From assembly GCF_964194155.1 (NCBI RefSeq), contig NC_135917.1:8556001-8620000 (forward strand): a stretch of DNA of 64,000 nucleotides, read 5' to 3'. Under the pieces are notes generated by a model that saw only the letters and a program-made list of their open reading frames with translations, did not search any database and was not told where the DNA came from. The stretch is from Cetorhinus maximus. Taxonomy: Eukaryota. A program made the translations under genes and the position numbers. Shown piece after piece: positions 13,730 to 26,369 of the stretch. Position 1 is the stretch's first letter. Each line of letters begins with the position of its first letter.

Positions 13730-14340
13730 TAAGAATATTAAAAAAATATGTGCAGGAATAGGCCATTTGGCCTGTTGATCTTGCCCCATTCAACAAAACA
13801 TAGCTGATCTTCTACCTCAACTCCACCCTCCCACGCTGCCCCCATGTCCCTTAATACTCAAAAGCCTAACAACCTCTGACTTAAATATATTCAATGACTG
13901 ATTATCCATAGCTCTATGGAGTACAGAATTCCAAAGATTCACAACCCTTTGAATGAAGAAATTGCTCCTCATCTCAGTCTTAAATGGCTGACCCCTTATT
14001 CTAAGGCTGTGACACTGTGTTCTAGCTTCCCCAGCCAGGGGAAACATTTTTTCAGCAACTACCCTGAATAATTTTATACATTTCAATAGGATCACCTCTC
14101 AATCTTCTAAACTCCAGGGAATATCAGCCTAGTCTACTCAATCTCTCCTCATAGGATGATCCCCTCATCCCAGGGACCAGTATAATGATCCTACGTTGCA
14201 CTCCCTCTAGAGTAAGTATGTCATTCTTTCAGCAAGGTGACCAAAACTGCACACAATAATCCAAGTGTGGCCTCACCAATGACCTAAATAATTGTGGTAA
14301 GACTTCTTTACTCTTGTACTCCAATCCCTTTGTAACAAAA
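13730..14340 (-). mobile_element. CR1 LINE 3' fragment
   Basis: Minus ORF 13817-14095 carries HSLRIRGQPFKTEMRSNFFIQRVVNLWNS, typical CR1 ORF2 C-terminus. Confidence 0.88.
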
Positions 14341-14419
14341 ATGCCATACCATCGATGAAACCCCACTATCAACATCCTGGGAGTTACCATTGACCAGAAA
14401 CTGAACTGGGCCAGCTATT

Positions 14420-15735
14420 ATTAAAGACGTTACAGCAGGGCACTTGGATAAGCTCAAGGTCATCAGGCAGTGTCAACATGCTTTTGTGAAAGGGAAATTA
14501 TAGTTAACCAATTTATTGGACTTTTTTGAGGAAGTAACATGTGCTGTGGATAAAGGGGAACCAGTGGATGTACTGTACTTAAATTTCCAGAAGGCATTTG
14601 ATAAGGTGCCACGTCAAAGGTTATTGTGGAAAATAAAAGCTCATGGTATAGGGGGTAACATATTGGCATGGATAGAAGATTGGCTGGCTAACAGGAAGCA
14701 GAGAATAGGCATAAATGGGTCTTTTTCAGGGTGGCAAGATGTAACAGGCATGCCACAGGGATCAGTGCTGAGACCTCAACTGTTTAAAATTTATATAAAT
14801 GACTTGGATGAAGGGACGGTTGCCAAATTTGCTGGTGACACCAAGATAGGTAGGAAAGTAAATTATGAAGAGGACATAAGGAGGCTACAAACAGATATAG
14901 ATAGGTTAAGTGAGCGGGCAAAGATCTGACAGATGGAGTTTAACATGGGAAATGTGAAATTGTTCATTTTGGCAGGAAGAATAAAAGAAGCATGTTATCT
15001 AAATGGTGAGAGATTACAGAGCTTGGAGGTGCAGAGGGATCTGGGTGTCCTAATGCATGAATCACAAAAGGTTAGTATGCAATTACAGCAAGTAATTAGG
15101 AAAGCTAATAGAATCTTATCATTTTATGTGAGGGGAATTGAATTCAAAAGTAGGGAGGTTATGCTTCAGTTGTACAGGGCATTGATGAGACCACATCTGG
15201 AGTACTGCGTACAGTATTGGTCACCTTATTTAAGGAAAGATGTAAATGCATTGGAAGCAGTTCAGAGAAGGTTTACCAGACTAATACCTGGAATGGGTGG
15301 GTTGTCTTATGAGGAAAGGTTGGACTGACTAGGCTGTATCCACTGGAGTTTAGAAGAGTAAGAGGCGACTAGATTAAAATCCTGAGGGGACTTGACAGGG
15401 TGGATGTGGAGAGGGTGTTTCTTCTTGTGGAAGAATCTAGAACTAGGGGTCACTGTTTAAAAATAAGGGGTCACCCATTCAAAACAGATGAAGCAAAATT
15501 TTTTCACTCAGAGGGTTGTGAGTCTTTGAAACTCTCTTCCAGAAAAGGTGGCGGAAGCAGAGTCATTGAATATTTTTAAGGCAGAGGTGGGTGGATTCTT
15601 GGTAAGCAAGAGGGTGAAAGGTTATGTAGGTGGGATGCAGATTTCAGGTTACTATCAGATCAGCCATGATCTTATTAAATGGCGGTGAAGACTCGAGGGG
15701 CTGAATGGCCTACTCCTGCTCCTTGTTCGTATGTA
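14420..15735 (+). mobile_element. CR1 LINE, 5'-truncated, RT pseudogene
   Basis: VDVLYLNFQKAFDKVP, GMPQGSVLRPQLFKIYINDLD, KFAGDTK, RDLGV, RPHLEYCVQYWSP motifs with stops/frameshifts; 3' UTR ends about 15735. Confidence 0.93.
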
Positions 15736-16278
15736 CATTCCAGGCACTATCCCTGCATCATAGGAGGGAAAGTCAAAGATAACCACCCAGGACTACTTCT
15801 GTAGTTTACCTAGTGGCTGATTTCAAAGTGGCATTAGCAGGAGTCACCTCTCCACTCACTTCCCAGTCAATCATATCACCTTTGGCTGAGTTTCTGACCC
15901 CCACACCCTTTCCCCTCGCTCACTTCCATCTTCACAACATTCACTGCCTTTACCCCTATCCCAGCCACTTTGCTGCTGAAACATTTTTTTATATGTACCT
16001 TTCTTAGCTCCTGCTTCAACCATTCCTCGGCTTTCACGGCTGACCTCCCTCTACCGCACCCCCCCAACCAATCAACTGCAACCTGTTCAGAACTCTGTTG
16101 CACACGTCATGTCCCGCACTAAAGTCTGCTCACCTATCCCCAACTCCTCATCGATGTGCACAGGTTTTCTGTCCCCCAACGCATCAAGAGATTTAAAATC
16201 TTCATTCTTGCCTTGAAATCCTTCTGTGGCTTTACTGCACCCTATTTCTGCCCTGGGTGGCCCTTTTGAACAAATATT

Positions 16279-17853
16279 GGCCTAGAAATCGGATTGTGCC
16301 TAAGAATGGGGGCGGGGGGGGGTGGGGGGGTGTGGAGTGGAATGGGGGAGGTGGGGGAGAAATGTGACTACAAGATAGGGACTTCCTGCACCAGTTTGTG
16401 TAATAGCTTTATTCCAAGGCACTTCACATTAAACATGAGGAAAATGGATACTGAGGCAATAAAGTAGAGTTGGAGGTTAAATGAAAAAGAGCGGTACATT
16501 CTCACTGCACAAACTGTACAAAGTCTGGAAAAATTGCCAAAGGAGAGAGCAAGCAGGCCTCAAGGTTCTCTGATGCTGCACTGGAGGCCTTGGTGCAGCA
16601 GTGGAGAGGAAGGAACACCCTCTTCCACCCATTACCTCCCCACAAGGGCCAGGAAACCCTCCAGGCTTTGATTCAGGAAGCAGTTGGAGAAGATGACTGA
16701 GCGCGTCAATATCTTGAGCATTGCCCCAAGAATGTGGCAGCAATGCATGAAGAAAATTCAACGATCTAACTAGAGTTCTTAAGGTAAGACCACTGAAATA
16801 CTTTCTCATCACAGCTCATCGCCTCATTAATTACATACCCACAGCACTTTCAACATTACCCTCCTCAAATTACCTGGCAATTGCTGCATGGCACCTCTTC
16901 ATGCTCACACACTCACCACTATCACAATGCTCACTTACTCACATCTTGCTCGCACTGTCAGCTATTCAGTCATGATAGCCACATTCTCCAATCTCCTCAC
17001 CTGACTTTTACAAACACACTTCACTCTTTCTTGCAGCAGGTTGTACACAACAGCAGGCAACAGGCTGTCATCAGAGGACAACAAGCCTATTTGCACACCA
17101 CCTCCTTCCCTCTTGAAGAGAGGGTCCTAGCTGTAATGGAAGGGGACAGAGTGAAGATTGTGGCAACACTAGAGATGTGGTCATGTAGGGTTTCTTTATA
17201 CCTAATCCTCTTTGTACCTCTTGACTCCTCGTCCTACACACACTGCATAACAAGCTGCAGATGCATTCAACATCCACTTCTCTCACTGCTCTCCTTCACA
17301 CCACAAGCTAACTCTTGTCCCTCTCTCTCAATTCAGCTGTTGAGTAAGTCAACACCCCACAGCCAGTGGACGAAGAGCAACGCAGTGTTTATGAAGGTGC
17401 ACCATCACTTAGTCTGACTCTTGCCAGCACCAGCTCTGACACTGACACCATGCATACCTTAGAGGCTAGGCTAGTGGAGGGGTCTGCATGGGATGACTCA
17501 CCAGGCATGTCTGCAGCTAGACTGAGGCAAAAAAGCAGCAATAGTGCAAAACTCTGCGTAGACAAAGTGAACTTTCTAGTGTGACAGCAAAAAAACGCCT
17601 GCAAGTCAAACAGTAGCCAAAAATATCTTTTTATTACCATATAACTTTAAACAATGCTGATGAGGGGGGGCTTCATGACAGTTAGTGTCACATTGTGCGA
17701 AGCACGGTCTGCACACTGAGGCAGCTCAGAAATGGAGAATGGGTGAAACCGCTAGAGCTACCTTCACTACCAATATGCCAGGTGGTGCACTCTCTGCCCA
17801 CCATTTTGTAAACATTGTAGGCTGCTTAGCTACAATGGCCAAATTTCTAGGCC
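16279..17853 (+). mobile_element. Non-autonomous PIF/Harbinger element carrying a decayed spliced Myb/SANT-like gene
   Basis: TIRs GGCCTAGAAAT (16279) and ATTTCTAGGCC (ends 17853); 3-bp TSD ATT on both sides. Internal RFSDAALEALV...WQQCMKKFNDLTRVLK|GTAAG and VVHNSRQQ...PLEERVLAVM remnants. Confidence 0.85.
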
Positions 17854-18279
17854 ATTATATAAATGCAAGCTGTTGTTGATCGTGTGGAGGCCAAGGAATA
17901 AGGGAGAGGAAATAAAGCAAAGTCATCACATCCTTATGGAACAAGACTACACCTAAGACTGATGGAAGTTCATTTTGCAATACGACATATCCATTTGTTG
18001 ACTGTCAACAAGCCTTAGTTCCTAATCTTCTGAAGACATTGAATCTTGCTGGGGTATGATACCCTTGGTGCTGCCCACCCTTTGGCACCTCACCCAAGTG
18101 TCTGTTATTCATGGATGACCCAAAGCAGTGAGTATTAAGAGAGGAGTCATGGATAGAATAACCAACTGTTGCTGTCCCTATTTTAGCAGCAGTTGATGGA
18201 TGGCAATCAAGAATAAGACTCCAGGCTGATATTCCTCTTCTTAGTTTAGTAATAGCAACCTGGAGTTAGGGGAGGGGGT

Positions 18280-19085
18280 CAGACATTATGGCTTTCTGCG
18301 ATTTTCACCCACCCCCACAAATTCCCAATGCTAGGTCCCTCGATCAGGCACTGAGTGCTTTTGAATGAGGGCCACCCCCCTGCTTTGGGAGCCCACAAGC
18401 AACCTTGACAAGGTTTACTTTTTGGGTTTCCTGTATGGCAACTCCCCCGCCCTGCCGCTTGCCACTGGTTAAATAATAGCAGCAGCAGAACGAGACCCTT
18501 AAGCAGAAAGGTGTCCACAAGCCTTCCCGCCCCGGACTTAAATCTGCTGGAGGCGGGAAAGCAGCAGGGTCTCCACACTGCACCCTCCTCCCTGATTTAA
18601 ATGCCCCCTTTCCCCCACGTCCAAACTCGCCTCCGGAAGGGATGCCATTAACTTCCACGCATCCTTTGGAAAGGGGGGATAGGGGTGGGAGGTTGGTGAT
18701 TGCGTGGGGCCTGTTTTTACTCGGTTAGTTTGTTAGGCCTGGAGGAAACACTCCTGCTCCTCCTGGCCCACAAGCAGTGCTGGGAAATGCCCTTGCCTTA
18801 TGGATCCAATGCTTCTAGTCTCCTTTTAACTCTTGGGTTTTCCTGAGGCCCAACCAAATGAAAAATAGAAACCTTGTGAAAATGGAGGCTCCTTGAAAGG
18901 TTTCCTTAAAAGCCTCCTTAAACGGTTTCTAACAATGACCTGTCTCCAGAGAGTGGATTGGTTGCCAACTCCCTCCTTTATTAAAGCTCAGTTCAAGGTG
19001 GTTTGGGTTCAGATTTGAAACTGTTACCATTCTAACTTCCCACCCTAAGTAAGGCCACCTATTTTCAGGAGTTAAAGTTACCCCC
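18280..19085. repeat. Dispersed non-coding repeat, copy 1 (related copy at 26370-26960)
   Basis: Shares GGAGGAAACACTCCTGCTCCTCCTGGCCCACAAGCA, AATAGAAACCTTGT and GAGTGGATTGG blocks, in order, with the 26.4-27.0 kb copy. Probably a non-autonomous DNA element. Confidence 0.65.
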
Positions 19086-20169
19086 CTTCCCACCCCCCGT
19101 GCTCCTTCCCTTAAAATCTCTTGAAGAACATCAAGTAGCGCTGTTAATCTCTCACAAACCCTTCTCAATAGTCCTTGGTCCAGCTCGGTTTTAGTGGGGC
19201 CAATTACCCCTGAACCAAATCCCTTTTCTGGGAGTCTGTTCTATATAATGAAAACTGTAGTGCCCGGGGGGGGGGGGGGGGGGAGGATAGTTTCTTCATC
19301 TATTACCCTGTTTGGAGGTGTCAGCTGTGGCTCAGTTCATAGCACCCTCGCCTTTGAATCAGAGGGTTGTGGGTTCATGTCTCACTCCCGGAAACCAAGA
19401 ACTGTGAATGTACTCGAAAGAGTTACATTCTGTGACTGTTGATAACTCGAAAGAGTTATAACCCTGTTTGAGAGTCATTGGTTTTGTTCATATTTCCTTG
19501 TGTTTTACTTGCTTACTTCAGCTTTCCTACCCATTTCATCATTTTTAAAATATCTCTCATTTGGGAGAAGGAATCCTCCCTTCAGAAACAGAGCACACCA
19601 ACCAACAATTCTGTCCTGACACTGCAGACAATCTCCATTGAAACGTCAAATGAACACTTACGTGTAAAAAGCACAAATGAATTGACAAAATTGGATAAAA
19701 CATTCACGGGTTCCAGTGCTGCTAACTAAAAAAATTAGTTATGACTCTTGACGTTTCAATTCGGGGCTCCTTGTTTTTAGATTCTGTAGGATAAATGCTA
19801 CTTTGAGGAAAAGCATATACTTTTTACGAGACATCAAACAACTTATCGGGGAGGGGCATTAAATAAATGCAGATGCAGATGCAATGCTTCAGAACCGGTA
19901 ACTTCGGCACAGAGGCCCTGCTGGATTTTCGGATCCTAACGGTTTTTCCGTTCGGGTCGGATCGGGTCAAAGGTCAATCGGACCCACGCGAAGCGCGGGA
20001 AACGACCGGCGCGCGCGAAGTCGGCGCAGCACCGAGCCCGTCAAGCCCGTGAGTTATTTTACCACATAATAATAATAATTAAGATTCAAATGTCCAGTTT
20101 GCAGATAGACAGTCTACCTGTGATTAGTGATGCACGTGGATCTAACTCGTTCCAACAGTTTGGATCTGA

Positions 20170-21110
20170 TATTAAAGATAGAGTGACAACAGCATAGCTC
20201 GGTAGGTACATGGCTATCTCTTGGTTGACGAAGTGGATGTAGTGATGTGCCTCAGGAAGTTATGTTGTGACCTCTCCTGTTCTCCATATACTTAAACAAT
20301 TTGAAGATGTGCATAGAGGGAATGATAGCAAACTGAGAGGCATATCAAACTCTGAGGAAGACTGAAGGGAGACATGGAGACTACAGGTGAGTGGGCAGAT
20401 AATGCAGTTCAGTACAGATAAATATTGAGTATATTTTGGTAACTAGGGAACAGGCTAGAAGTGCCAAGTGTAAATGGCATTAGAATGGAGGGACCAGAGA
20501 TTGGCAGGGGAAGTTGGGGGCAGAGGCAGATGTACAGATCCTCAAAAGCAGAAATGTAGGTGGAGGAAAAGCAGTAAAAATCCAATTTAGATTCTGGGTT
20601 TATGTAGGAATGTGGAATATGAAAACAAGGAGGTAAACTGTACAAGACACTAGTTCAGCCACTGTTGAAAGATTACATGCGGTTTTAGGAATACTATTAT
20701 AGGAGTAATAAAGTCATGGGAAAGGTGCAACATGTCAAATCATCACTAGAATTTCACAGGGATAAAAGAGCTGTGATGGCAGACTTTTCAAAAAAAAACT
20801 AGGACTGTATTCACTCGAATATAGATCTAATGTACTAGAAGTGTTCAAAACATTTTACGTGGTCCAATAATGAAGGGTTGTTTTTAACCAGTGAATTAGT
20901 AATAAAAGGGCACAGAGTTGGGGTTAGTATTAGAAACACAAGGAATGGGAGGGAAGGATTAGAAGCAACTTTTTCACGCAAAGTGTTTAGAGGATGCAGA
21001 ATGAATTACCAGAAGTGGCTACTGAGGAACAGAGTCAATCACACCATATAAAACAATGAGATATACACTTTGAGAAATAAAAGGTTGATGGAGAAGGTAG
21101 GGAAAGCTAA
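20170..21110 (+). mobile_element. Highly decayed CR1 fragment
   Basis: Remnants such as gagtgggcagataatgcagttca, tacaagacactagttcagcc and aactttttcacgcaaag. Confidence 0.55.
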
Positions 21111-21479
21111 GTGGGGGGGCTTTGAGGTGCCCTCAAGTTGTGGATTGTGCAGGTTCCTTTCTCTCCCTTCCTTCCTACCTCTGTCTCTTCCTCCCTCCAA
21201 TGACTGAGGTTGTCACATTCTATAACGTGTTCTCTTCCATGTATCATAACAACGCAAGATCCAATTTTCCTTACTTATCACTGTGTTGCACTGTGCAGAC
21301 AATTTCAACAATACAGCACCCCCAAAGCCTTTGACTGTGTTTATGCTGCAGACAAGGTCCAATTAAATTGAAACTATAAATAAGTTTGACGGACATACAA
21401 TTGAGACACTTTTGGAATCACTCTTGGGATTTCTTCTTAAAATTGCAGCTGGGTTTAAATTGTTCACCAGTATTTGTCA

Positions 21480-24400
21480 GCTACCTTTCTTTTTAGCACT
21501 TCTGTTATACACTACTTGGAGTCAATCATTATGCAACAGCCTTTATTAATAGGATATTGAATTACACTCAATGTCATGCACCACCATATGTATGTTCTCG
21601 ACCTTGTTCTTCTGTAACACCAATTCACTCTCAGCAGAGGCCCTTACACCCCCACCTCCAAGAATTTTGAGCTTGGCACAATGCTGAGCACTTCCTCCTT
21701 TGCCTCTGCATCCCCTCTGCCCACCCCCCACAGTGGACCTTTTCTCCGGAATTCTTGTTCCGCCTGGACCCCCTTCCCTCTGGCCACTTACCCTCTCTAG
21801 ATCTATTCATGGGAACTGCCAGCATGGCATTGGCCATCTCGGTTTTACTACTCCACTCAATCACTCAAACCAGCCTCCCTCTGAACTTGCTGCACTCTGT
21901 TCTCTCAGATTGAACCCTAACAATGTCATCAAACCTGCTGACAAGGGTGCTGCTATTATTGTTTGGCAAACCTTGCAGAGGTTGATTGCTAACTCCCTGA
22001 TACTTACTCCTACCTTCCCCTGGAGATGCCGCCAATGAACATCAAGCCATCATTCCCCAGATTATCACGAACTTCATCTCCTCTGGAGACCTCTTGCAAT
22101 GCATTTGACGTAGTCTACTTTGCCTTCAGCAAGGCTTTTGATAAGATCCCGCATGGGAGACTCTTAACGAGGTAAGAGCCCATGGGATCCAAGGCATTTT
22201 GGCCAATTGGATCCAGAATTGGCCAAGTGGCAGGAAGCAGAGGGTGATGGTCGAGGGGTGTTTTTGTGACTGGATGCCTGTGTCCAGTGGAGTTCCACAG
22301 GGATCGGTGTTGGGTCCGATGAATGGTAGGGCCCTGGGAAGTACTGAGGATCAGAGGGACCTTGGTGTGCACATCCACCGGTCCCTTAAGGTAGCAGGAC
22401 AGGTAGATAAGGTGGTTAAGAAGGCATATGGGATACTTGCCTTTATTAGCCGAGGCATAGAATATAAGAGCGGGGAGGTTATGCTGGAAATGTATAAAAC
22501 GCTGGTTAGGCCACAACTAGAGTATTGCGTGCAATTCTGGAATCCACATTATAGGAAGGATGTGATTGCACTAGAGAGGGTGCAGAGAAGATTTACCAGG
22601 ATGTTGCCTGGGCTGGAGGATTTTAGTTATGAAGAGAGATTGGATAGACTGGGGTTATTTTCCTTGGAGCAGAGGAGATTGAGGGGGGACATGATTGAGG
22701 TGTATAAAATTGAGGGGTATAGATAGGGTAGACAGGAAGGAACTTTTCCCCTTGGTGGAGGGATCAATAACCAGGGGGCATAGATTTAAGGTAAGGGGCA
22801 GGAGGCTTAGAGGTGATGTGAGGAAGAATTTTTTCACCCAGAGGGTGGTGGGAATCTGGAACTCACTGCCTGAAAGGGTGGTAGAGGCAGAAACCCTCAT
22901 AACATTGAAGAAGTATTTGGATGTGCACTTGCGATGCCATGGCATACAAGGCTATGGGCCTAGTGCTGGAAAATGGGATTAGAATAGTTAGGTACTTGAT
23001 GGGCTGAAGGGCCTTTTTCTGTGTTGTAGATCTCTGACTCTATGACTATGACTCCCCACCTCATAGCCCGCTTCTACCTCCTTCTCAAGATCCACAAACG
23101 GGTCTGCCCTGGTAGACTCATCGTTTCAACCTGTTCCTGCCCTATTGAACTGACTTCTTCCAACCTTGACTATATTTTCTTCTCACCTTGTCCAATCCTT
23201 CCAATCTACATTCACGGTTCTTCTGACACCCTCCACCACTTAGTTTTCAGTTTCCTGGCTCTAACCACCATTTCACCAGGACATCCAGTCCCTCTACATC
23301 ACCAACCCCCAACAGGACTGCAGGCTTCTTCCTTTAGCGGAGGCCTAACCAGTCCCCATCCGCCACCACCCACCTCTGCCTGTCTGAACTTGTTCTTACG
23401 TTGAACAACTTCACCTTGAACTCACTTCCTCCAAATAAAACTGTTGCTATGGGAACCTATCCAAATTATGCCTTTTTGTGACATATATGGAATGTTTTTT
23501 TTCAGTCCTACTCAGGGCCCCTCCTTTGCCGGTACATTAATTACTGTATTGGTGCTGCTTCCTGCTTTTACCCTGAACTGGAAAATGTCATCAACTTTGC
23601 TTCTAATTTCTATCCTTCTCTCACTTTCACATGGTCCATCCCTAAGTTTTCTCTCCTCTACCTCAACTTGTCCATCACCAGTTCTGGGGATAGGCTGACA
23701 ACCAACTACTATAAACTGACTGACTCCCACAGCTACCATGATGATAGGTTCTTCCAATCTGCTTCCTTTAAGGATACTATTCCATTCTCCCAGTCTCTCC
23801 GCCTTCATAGCATCTGTTCTGATGATGCCACCTTCCAAACTAGCCCTTCTGATATGTCTTTCTTTTCCCTCAACCGAGGATTCTCCTCCACCATGGTTGA
23901 CAGGTCCCTCGACTGTATCCATTCCATGTCCCTAACTACTTCTCTCACTCCTTTCCCTCCCTCCCAGGACCATGATAGGGTCCCCCTTGTCCTCACTTTC
24001 CACCCCACCAGCCTCTACGTTCCTCTGCCATTTCTGCCACCATAAGTGTGTGCCACCAAACACATCTTCCCCTCTCCTTTCACTATTCGATCCACTCCTC
24101 AATCACTCAACACCCACTCCCACGGCATCTTCCTATGCAAGTGCAAGGGGTGCAATACCTGCAACTTTCAATCATCCCTTCCCACCGTCCAGGATCCCAA
24201 ACACTTTTTGCAACTTGCACTTGTGCTTCTTTCAATTTAGCATACTGTATTTGTTATTTGTTGCTGACAAGGTGGTCTCCTCTACACTGGGGGATCAAAC
24301 ACAGATTGGGTGACTGCTTTGCTGAACATGTCCATTGCGTACACAAGCCTGACCCCCAAGCTTCCGGTCTCCTGTCATTTTATTTCTCCACCTTACTCCC

Positions 24401-25035
24401 ACACTGACCTCTGTCCTCGACCTGCTGCACTGTTCCAGTGAATCAACCCAAGCTTGAGGAACAGCACCTCACCTTTTACTTAAACACTTTTTACAGCCTT
24501 GTGGACTCAACACTGAATTCAACTATTTCAAATCATAACCACTGCTCTTTTTTAAACAAGGACAGCAGTTTCTGTAAATGAAACAGAAAATGCTGGAAAA
24601 ACTGAGCAGGTCTGACAGCATCTGTGGAGAGAGAAACAGAGTTAACGTTTCGAGTCTGTATGACTCTTCAGAGTTATTATGTTATGGTTCTGTAAATGAT
24701 TCTGCTTTTGCTATTTACCCCTCCTCTGGACCCGTCTCTTTCTTTATTTGTCCTATTACCACTCCCTTTTGCCTTGCACCAGCATCCCTTTTGTCATTTA
24801 ATCTCTCCTGCCTTTCACCCAATCCCTTTTTGCTCTTTCCACCCTCCTCCCCCCCCACTTCCCCCACCATTCACTATCCTTCCCTCTGTACTTGCTTAAA
24901 ACCCGTTACATTCATAAGCCTTTCTGGTTCCGACAAAAGGTTTCTCTCACTCCATAGGTGCTGCCTGACCTGCTGAGTATTTAAAGCATTGGGTTTTTAT
25001 TTCAGATTACCAGCAATTGCAGAATTTTGCTTTTT
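21480..25035 (+). mobile_element. Penelope-like retroelement (RT plus GIY-YIG), decayed and interrupted
   Basis: Colinear frameshifted motifs: IKPADKG (21.95 kb), FYLLLKIHK..PGRLIVS (23.07 kb), YYKLTDSHSY..IPFSQSLRLHSICS (23.7 kb), PLVLTFHP, CKCKGCNTC, YCICY..RLGDCFAEH (24.25-24.33 kb), then a terminal repeat to about 25035. Confidence 0.88.
22100..23050 (+). mobile_element. CR1 LINE insertion inside the Penelope element, RT core internally deleted
   Basis: GVPQGSVLGP fused directly to MNGRALGSTEDQRDLGV at about 22318; RPQLEYCVQFW and NFFTQRVVGIWNSLP present; (TATGAC)n-like tail. Confidence 0.9.
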
Positions 25036-25454
25036 GTATCAAATCAATTTGGTAGACATAGGGGACCATTGCGATGTTAAAATGTGTATTTTTTTTTAGA
25101 TGTTTAATTTGCATATAGAGAAAAAGTAGCAAGGTAAATTGTATCCACCTCAATCTGATTTAACAAAAGGGGTATTTATAATGCACCCTTAACGCCGTTG
25201 TTCATTGGTTTCAATGTAGCTCAAGTCCAGAATGAAACCAGAGAAGCTAAGAAACTCGCACATTAAGTTTGACCTCAAATGGAATGTAACTTGGTACAGG
25301 TCAGGACCCGTCCTTGTACCCCATGAGCGCCTTTTAAACATAACTTGTTGACTTAAAATGTTTAAGGGTGCTCTCTTAAACATTCAAATTTTACTGGCTG
25401 GGAGGGGAGTTCTGGAAGGGAGAACTGGAATGTGTAGTCAGGCAGTATTAATGA

Positions 25455-25680
25455 CAAACAGAAAATGCTGGAACTACTCAGCAGGTCAGGCAGCATCTGT
25501 GGAGAGAAACAGAGGTAACGTTTCAGGTCTGTGACCCTCCATCAGAACTGGAAAAAAATTAGAGATACGATAGTTTTTAAGCAAACTCAGAGCCAGGAAA
25601 AGCAGGGCGGAGGGCAGGGGGACGGAAACAAAAAAGCAAGGGTCTGAGATACAGTGGAAGAGAAATGACGGTCCTCTAGA
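25455..25680 (-). mobile_element. Penelope terminal repeat fragment
   Basis: Reverse complement of ...gaaacgttacctctgtttctctccacagatgctgcctgacctgctgag; hammerhead-like core with CTGATGG variant. Confidence 0.8.
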
Positions 25681-25689
25681 CAGTGATGA

Positions 25690-26090
25690 GTGGTGATGAT
25701 GGCGTAGTGGTAATGTCACTGGACTTGTAATCCAGAGGCCCAGGCTTATGCTCTGGGGACACAGGTTCAAATTCCACCATGGTCACTGGTGGAATTTAAG
25801 TTCGATTTTATTTTTTTTAAAAACTGGAATATAAAGCTAGTCTCTAATAGTGACCATGAAACCATTGTTGATTGCTGTAAAAACCCATCTGGTTCACTAA
25901 TGTCCTTTAGGGAAGGAAATCTGCTGTCCTTACCCGGTCTGGCCTACATGTGACTCCAGACCCACAGCAATGTGGTTGACCCTTAACTGCCCCCTGAAAT
26001 GGCCTAGCAAGCTGCTCAGTCCAAGGTTAATTAGGGATGGGCAACAAATGCTGGCTTACCAGTGAAGCCCACATCCCATGAAAGAAAAAT
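25690..26090 (+). mobile_element. HE1-type SINE
   Basis: Box A (TGGCGTAGTGG) and box B (GGTTCAAATTC) head, conserved core, cccacatcccatgaaaga tail. Confidence 0.87.
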
Positions 26091-26369
26091 GGCAACAGCA
26101 GAATCATTACCAGCTGCAATTCATTGGCATATAAGTGCACTGCAAAGTTACAATTTACAATGTACTTATTGATTGTGGACAAGACAAATTAGACATGGGA
26201 GGAGACTCCTCATGTGGAGCAAAGTCCAGTTGCGTCAAATGGCCTGTTCCTGTGCTGTAAATACTATCAAGAACCATAATCTTGCAAATGTGCATGAATC
26301 ATCAAAAGATGTTTTGGCCATGTTATTTACAGAGGTGGTTGGGGAGTGTTGGGGTGGGGAGGAGTTCTG

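Noticed and set aside
25690-25780. tRNA-like box A/box B sequences (also at about 13080-13160, 19320, 45540-45600, 58040-58125)
   Set aside because: These are SINE heads continuous with SINE bodies; no full cloverleaf, so not tRNA genes.
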